Shown piece by piece: positions 58,878 through 64,000 of a stretch of DNA of 64,000 nucleotides (position 1 is its first letter; each line of letters starts with the position of its first letter). The stretch is from Bacilli bacterium. GTDB lineage: Bacteria > Bacillota_I > Bacilli_A > RFN20 > CAG-826. The stretch lies in assembly GCA_024408505.1 (NCBI GenBank), contig JAKSUZ010000003.1:14668-78667 (forward strand), in the 5' to 3' direction. The notes beneath the pieces were generated by a model. That model saw only the letters and a program-made list of their open reading frames with translations, did not search any database and was not told where the DNA came from. The translations under genes were made by a program, and so were the position numbers.

Positions 58878-60162
58878 TTATGTCGCTATTGATTTAGGCG
58901 CAACTAGTGGACGAGTTATCGTTTCAAGCGATGCTCGACGCCTTGATGAAGTTTATCGTTTCAAAGAGTATTTAAAAAACGATAATGGTGTTTTTACTTG
59001 GGACTTAGATAAAATCTGGAACAATATTTTAATTGGTCTAAAAAAAGCAGTCGAGAAATATCACACCATTGCCTCAATTGGAATTGATTCATGGGGTGTA
59101 GATTATGTTTTAATGAATCAAGATACACCAATTCTACCTGCATATTCTTATCGTGATTCACGTACTAAGATAACTATGGAAGAAGTTCATAAGATTGTTT
59201 CATTTAATGAACTATATTCTGTAACTGGTATTCAAAAGAGCTTAGTGAATACTGTTTATCAATTCATGGATGATCATAAGAAAGGTCGCTTAGCGCAAGC
59301 TACGGACTTCTTATTTATTCCTGAATACTTCTCTTATTTGTTAACTGGTAAAAAGGTGCATGAATATAGTATGGCAACTACTACCGGTTTAATAGATATG
59401 AAGACTGGCCAATATTCCGAAATGCTAATTAACAAATTAGGTTTTCCAAAACAATTATTTCAACCAGTAATAAAACCTGGGAACATTATTGGGTCTTTAA
59501 AACCTGAAATCGCTCAACAGATTGGTAGTAATGCAACTGTAGTGTTACCAGTTACGCATGATACTGCTTCTGCTTTTTATGCCGTTGATGTGGATCCAGA
59601 TTCAGTTATTATTTCAAGCGGCACTTGGTCACTTGTAGGCGTTAAGCTCAAACAAGGTAATAATTCAACATTAAGTTTAAACACTAACTTTGCGAATGAA
59701 GGTAGCAAAGACTTTATTTGCTATTTAAAGAATATTATGGGTCTATGGCTCCTTAATGAAGTTAAAAAGAAACATACTTATAGTTATGATGAAATTACTA
59801 ATCTAGCATTAACATCTACTTATAATGAAGTATTTGATGTTGATGATACTAGTCTACTTTCTCCTAATGATATGAAAGAAGCGATTTGTAAATTACTTCC
59901 AGCAAACAATCAACCAAAGACTGATGGTGATTTATATCGGAGTATTTTCCGCTCTCTAGCCACTACTTATAAAAAGGTCTGTGAACAATTAAGCGAGAAT
60001 CTCCACCAAAGATATAACCGTATTTGTATTGTGGGTGGCGGTGCAAACAACAAAGCGCTCAACCAATTTACCCAAGAAATAACTCAACACGAAGTAATTG
60101 CAATTCCAATGGAAGCAACTACTGTCGGAAATCTTAAAATACAAAAAGAAGTAATTAGGTAA
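58864..60162 (+). CDS. rhaB: FGGY-family sugar kinase, rhamnulokinase/fuculokinase-like
   Basis: N-terminus AIDLGATSGRV and GIDSWGVDYV, 432 aa. Confidence 0.6.
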   Translation: MPLNNYVAIDLGATSGRVIVSSDARRLDEVYRFKEYLKNDNGVFTWDLDKIWNNILIGLKKAVEKYHTIASIGIDSWGVDYVLMNQDTPILPAYSYRDSRTKITMEEVHKIVSFNELYSVTGIQKSLVNTVYQFMDDHKKGRLAQATDFLFIPEYFSYLLTGKKVHEYSMATTTGLIDMKTGQYSEMLINKLGFPKQLFQPVIKPGNIIGSLKPEIAQQIGSNATVVLPVTHDTASAFYAVDVDPDSVIISSGTWSLVGVKLKQGNNSTLSLNTNFANEGSKDFICYLKNIMGLWLLNEVKKKHTYSYDEITNLALTSTYNEVFDVDDTSLLSPNDMKEAICKLLPANNQPKTDGDLYRSIFRSLATTYKKVCEQLSENLHQRYNRICIVGGGANNKALNQFTQEITQHEVIAIPMEATTVGNLKIQKEVIR

Positions 60163-60163
60163 A

Positions 60164-60202
60164 TAAAAAAGAGGTTAGCAATTAAACTAGCCTCTTTTAT
60201 TT
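60164..60202. terminator. Bidirectional terminator between the kinase and the convergent ABC operon
   Basis: AAGAGGTTAG / CTAGCCTCTT stem (one G-U pair), flanked by an A run and a T run. Confidence 0.8.
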
Positions 60203-60205
60203 TAT

Positions 60206-61492
60206 TTAGAACTGCGTCTTCCAGTTATCAATATTACCACGATAGAATGGTAATGGATCTAATGGTTGTAATTTAAGCGAACCATCATCATTTTCAACAG
60301 GCTCAATCACGCCGGTTGTGCCTCCACCACTTAATTCATATTCTTGTGGTTTTGTTGGGTCAAAAGAAGGATCGTTTACAGCCTTATAGGCAACTTGAGC
60401 GGCAACATAACCCATATCAGGAACTTTCCAAAGCACTGCATATGGACATGGATAATCTAGTGCATGAACATCTTCTTTCTTGGCGTCATCACCATTTGGC
60501 ATATATGTCCACATTTCACTTGGCATACCTGTACCAGTCATTTTAACATGCTTATATTTTTCATCAGTGTTATAGTGGACGGTTAATGCTTCACCACATG
60601 CAGCACAAGCAACTGAAGTAACATTAGAGATAACATCACATCTTTCGTTTCCGCTGCCTTCAATTAAAGCATTCGCTTTATTAGTACTTTCGACTGATTC
60701 ATCTAATCCAAGTGGAATATGGTTGGCCATCCAATCTTCATCAACTATTCCTTTATAATCTATACCATCTAGCGAACCTTGACCGGTGGTGGGAATAAAT
60801 TCATTTTTCATAGCGGCAATCCAATCGTTTTGCGAAGGAGATGCGGCAGTAGAAGTAATAATCGCAATGTGAATACGATTCTGATCAGTAAGAGAAAGAG
60901 ATTGTCCTATTTTAATTGCTTCATTGGTAAGATCGATTAGATTTCGCTCAGCGTATTCATCATCGGTTGCACCTTTTGGATATTCAGCAAATTTTGTATA
61001 GTCAGCTTCAGAATATTTACCAGATTCTTTCATTCTTTGTGCAATAGCGATACAAACTGATGAACGAGCAATGAAACTACCAATTGCCTGTGGATCACAT
61101 TGGTCAACGTGCATCGTACGATACTTTGGAGAAATCGGAGAATCCACTGAAACAATCTTCATTCCTTTTTCAGTAACGCGTTTTAATACATTATCGTAGC
61201 CAACTTCGCCACTACTCGAAACAATTACTGCTTTTGCGCCAAGCATAGCTGCATTTTCAATCATTTGAACTTGGTTAGATACTGCTTGCTCACTAGGACT
61301 CTTATCCGCGTATTTAATATTAACGGTATCAAGATATTCGCCAACACCTTTATAAACGCTCATACCATAAGCATTGCCACTTTGTTTGTGCATAAAGACA
61401 TAAGCACCCTTAAGACGAGAGCCACATGAACATAGACTCATTAGTGCCATTGGGAAAGTGGATAACGCTAGAAATAATTTACTTCTTTTCAT
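60206..61492 (-). CDS. Sugar ABC transporter substrate-binding lipoprotein (type I PBP fold, enlarged)
   Basis: Lipobox LMSLCSCG. Last gene of the permease-permease-SBP operon. Confidence 0.7.
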   Translation of the reverse strand: MKRSKLFLALSTFPMALMSLCSCGSRLKGAYVFMHKQSGNAYGMSVYKGVGEYLDTVNIKYADKSPSEQAVSNQVQMIENAAMLGAKAVIVSSSGEVGYDNVLKRVTEKGMKIVSVDSPISPKYRTMHVDQCDPQAIGSFIARSSVCIAIAQRMKESGKYSEADYTKFAEYPKGATDDEYAERNLIDLTNEAIKIGQSLSLTDQNRIHIAIITSTAASPSQNDWIAAMKNEFIPTTGQGSLDGIDYKGIVDEDWMANHIPLGLDESVESTNKANALIEGSGNERCDVISNVTSVACAACGEALTVHYNTDEKYKHVKMTGTGMPSEMWTYMPNGDDAKKEDVHALDYPCPYAVLWKVPDMGYVAAQVAYKAVNDPSFDPTKPQEYELSGGGTTGVIEPVENDDGSLKLQPLDPLPFYRGNIDNWKTQF

Positions 61493-63281
61493 AAGTTTTC
61501 TCCTTATATTTCTTATTTAGTAAGTTGATGTAATATTCAACACGGCGTTTTTCATGGCTGTAGTGGAGCTTGATATGATGCTCACTAACAACGATATAGT
61601 AATTAATTAAGGAAGTTTGTTTTGTATTTATTAATTGATGAATGTTGGCATTCTTATTTCTTCTTTCACGTGCATGGCGTAGGTTGCCTTGATTCTTTAA
61701 GAACTCACCTAAAGTTTTATTAACGTTAGGAAGACGATTATAATCTTTAACATTCCAATAAGTGTAATTTAGACCATTAAGGTAACTCTTTAGCTTTTTA
61801 TCCTCATAGCCTTTATGTTCGTTTTTAAATTCACGGATAAACTTCTTTGCGTTATTACTAATATCATCAATCACTCGTCCTTGATTCATTTTGAGTAATT
61901 TATGAATAGTGCGCGTTTCTTGTTTTCTTACATATGTATTTAAAGCATACGCATCTTTAGTCTTTTCTAAGATATCTTTCTTTTTCTTAATTAAGTCTAG
62001 TGCTTTATCGTATGCTTGCTTATCTTGCTTATTAATCTTTTTAATAGCATTTTTCGCTAACATATATTCTTTCTTTGCTAACATAACTTCTTCACGATGG
62101 ATATTTCGATCAATTGGATTAGTGGTTAATCTTAAAGTATCAATGAAGTGATAGAACTGTGAAGCATCCATAACTTTTTCTTCGTCTAATACTTTTTTCT
62201 TGGCTTCTTCAATATTATGAGGAATATCGGTTCCTTCAATTTGTCGCAATGCTTTACGCGTGAACCTTAATTTAATCCTTAAGAAAGTTTCTTTATTCAT
62301 CCGTGGGATTAAGACTGCAAGAATCAAGATAATACCAATAGCAATCTTTTGAACGTTTTGTTGAACTTCAAATAAGTCGAGTGACTTAAGTAAGAATGCC
62401 ATGAAGAAGGTTGCGATAATTGGTCCATATAATTTACCTTTACCGCCTAAAGTAGAGATACCACCAAGAACAACTACAGCGATAACTTTTAGCTCATATC
62501 CAGTCGCCATTGTATAGTCAATACCGCCTAAGCGTCCAACGAATACCATTGCGCTTAACGCAGCGGTCATACCCATAATAGTGTAAGCGATAATCTTAGT
62601 CTTCGCGACGCGAACGCCAGAATAATTTGCGGTATCTTTATTGTTACCAACTAAGTATAGTTGACGACCAAATTTACTATGATGTAAGACGATACAGAAA
62701 ATAGCTGCGAACACTAAGAACACAATTAGTGAGACTGGAATTATTCCACCTACATCATCCCATGCTAATGGTTCAAAAAATTTAGGGAAATCAGTTTTAA
62801 AACTACCGCCGATGGAAATATGAACAATACCACGGAACAAGAAACTTGTACCAATAGTGGTAATAACTGAAGGCATTTTGATAAGCGATACTAATAAACC
62901 GTTAACTAGTCCACAGCATCCGCCAGCAAGAACACCCATAAAGACAGATACTACTGCTGCCATTGCCTCGCCAGATGTTCCAACCATATTTTCATAAGTA
63001 AGACCCATGACCATTGCGCTCAATAGCATAATTGATGCAACCGAGACATCGATTTCGCCAAGAATCAAAATGAATGCCATGCCGAGGACCATAAATGATA
63101 TTTCCATACCACAACGGATAATGGTTTGAATGTTACCGAAAGTGAAGTACACATCGTTAACAAAGATCATTAATAAGATGTTAATTGCAATTAAAAGATA
63201 AACTAGGATCATTTCCCAGCTATAGAAGAATTGCTTAGTAATTTTCTTCTTATGGGTAGGATTAATAGCTTTGAAACTCAT
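61479..63281 (-). CDS. Sugar ABC transporter permease (RbsC/AraH type) fused to a ~265-aa charged C-terminal extension
   Basis: Residues 1 to about 335 are polytopic. Residues about 336-600 are K/N/Y/E-rich with no TM segment. It is one uninterrupted ORF. Confidence 0.8.
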   Translation of the reverse strand: MSFKAINPTHKKKITKQFFYSWEMILVYLLIAINILLMIFVNDVYFTFGNIQTIIRCGMEISFMVLGMAFILILGEIDVSVASIMLLSAMVMGLTYENMVGTSGEAMAAVVSVFMGVLAGGCCGLVNGLLVSLIKMPSVITTIGTSFLFRGIVHISIGGSFKTDFPKFFEPLAWDDVGGIIPVSLIVFLVFAAIFCIVLHHSKFGRQLYLVGNNKDTANYSGVRVAKTKIIAYTIMGMTAALSAMVFVGRLGGIDYTMATGYELKVIAVVVLGGISTLGGKGKLYGPIIATFFMAFLLKSLDLFEVQQNVQKIAIGIILILAVLIPRMNKETFLRIKLRFTRKALRQIEGTDIPHNIEEAKKKVLDEEKVMDASQFYHFIDTLRLTTNPIDRNIHREEVMLAKKEYMLAKNAIKKINKQDKQAYDKALDLIKKKKDILEKTKDAYALNTYVRKQETRTIHKLLKMNQGRVIDDISNNAKKFIREFKNEHKGYEDKKLKSYLNGLNYTYWNVKDYNRLPNVNKTLGEFLKNQGNLRHARERRNKNANIHQLINTKQTSLINYYIVVSEHHIKLHYSHEKRRVEYYINLLNKKYKEKTYEKK

Positions 63282-64000
63282 AATCTTCTCCCCATCTCAA
63301 GGACTTCTTTTCGCGCCTTGATATTGTCATTAGCGATATTGATAATAACGGCAACAATAATAATTGCGCCTTTAATTGCTTCTTCAAATGTGCTGATAGA
63401 TGGAATTCTTGCTAATAGAGTCATTAGTAAGCTCATAAAGAAGATACCAAGGACTAAGCAGTCAACTCTACCCTTCCCACCTTTATTTGATACACCACCA
63501 ATAACGCACATGGCGATGGCGGTCATTTCAAAGTTAAGACCGATTTCTGAATGTACTGATGCATAGTTACCAGCAAAGATAATACCTGCTAAACCAGCTA
63601 AGGCTCCGCAGATGGTATAGGCCATAATCTTTACATTAGCGACGTTTGTACCAGTAATGGTTGCAGATTGTTCGTTTGTACCAATCGCGTATAAACGACG
63701 ACCTGGTTTAGTTAAAGCTAAGAAAATCGCGGCAATAATAATAATTCCAAATACAATCCATGTTGCACTGGTAATACCTAAGAAGGTGCTACGACTAATT
63801 GCTTTAAAGGCATCGGTAAATTCACCTTGATGGATTTGTTCGCCACCCGTGATAACGTATGCTAAGCCACGATAGGCAAACATTGTACCCAAGGTAGCAA
63901 TCATTGGTGCGATTTTTAATTTACCAATTAATAATCCGTTTATAAATCCACACCCACAACCAATAGCGATTGCGACTAGCACCCAAAGAATTGGATGAAC
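63278..64000 (-). CDS. Sugar ABC transporter permease (5' end beyond the window)
   Basis: Polytopic. The frame stays open to the window edge. ATGA overlap with the next permease gene. Confidence 0.75.
   Translation of the reverse strand, partial: VHPILWVLVAIAIGCGCGFINGLLIGKLKIAPMIATLGTMFAYRGLAYVITGGEQIHQGEFTDAFKAISRSTFLGITSATWIVFGIIIIAAIFLALTKPGRRLYAIGTNEQSATITGTNVANVKIMAYTICGALAGLAGIIFAGNYASVHSEIGLNFEMTAIAMCVIGGVSNKGGKGRVDCLVLGIFFMSLLMTLLARIPSISTFEEAIKGAIIIVAVIINIANDNIKARKEVLEMGRRL

Overview
This is a 64 kb window of a low-G+C bacterial chromosome that uses the standard genetic code. TGA acts as a stop, as shown by the ATGA stop/start overlaps at tsaE/tsaB (15576) and gatC/gatA (27982). Gene content looks Firmicutes/Mollicutes-like, possibly Acholeplasma- or Erysipelotrichia-like: there are many lipoproteins, several ECF S-components, and no PBP gene next to recU. 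That placement is inference only.

The window is densely packed with core genes:
- a BMP-type ABC transporter
- ung and a TPP riboswitch-thiT unit
- tsaE-tsaB-rimI-tsaD and asnS
- pcrA-ligA-gatCAB-galE
- a Wzx-type flippase and smpB
- rplM-rpsI
- cmk-der-hup
- recU, RNase P RNA, pgsA, cinA-recA and rny

It also carries an L-fucose utilisation block (fucU, fucI, fucO, RhaD-like aldolase, RhaB-like kinase, a convergent sugar ABC importer) and a separate GH29 fucosidase. I saw no rRNA, tRNA, CRISPR array, IS element or prophage.

The most unusual region is 20.1-23.4 kb. It contains an uncharacterised three-gene membrane operon and a 379-bp-period duplication of a ~76-nt upstream module with a perfect 9-3-9 palindrome. 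A third, diverged copy of that module lies at 4838-4917. The module precedes paralogous small proteins. In its last copy it precedes a visibly G+C-rich ~270-nt island with no long ORF. That island holds an SD-sequestering hairpin, a 21-codon hydrophobic ORF whose tail resembles the Fst toxin, and a convergent antisense promoter plus terminator. I read this as a candidate type I toxin-antitoxin locus.

Other points:
- At least a dozen genes have a -10 box only 6-8 nt upstream of the ATG and no SD, which implies widespread leaderless mRNAs.
- An 11-bp anti-SD/terminator-like structure and a 20-bp palindrome lie in front of fucI.
- Both ABC systems have lineage-specific insertions or fusions.
- A 959-aa lipoprotein has repeat modules and a probably inactive transglutaminase-like core.
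- A half-size CCA-type nucleotidyltransferase is present.

All protein calls rest on by-eye motif recognition. No database search was possible.
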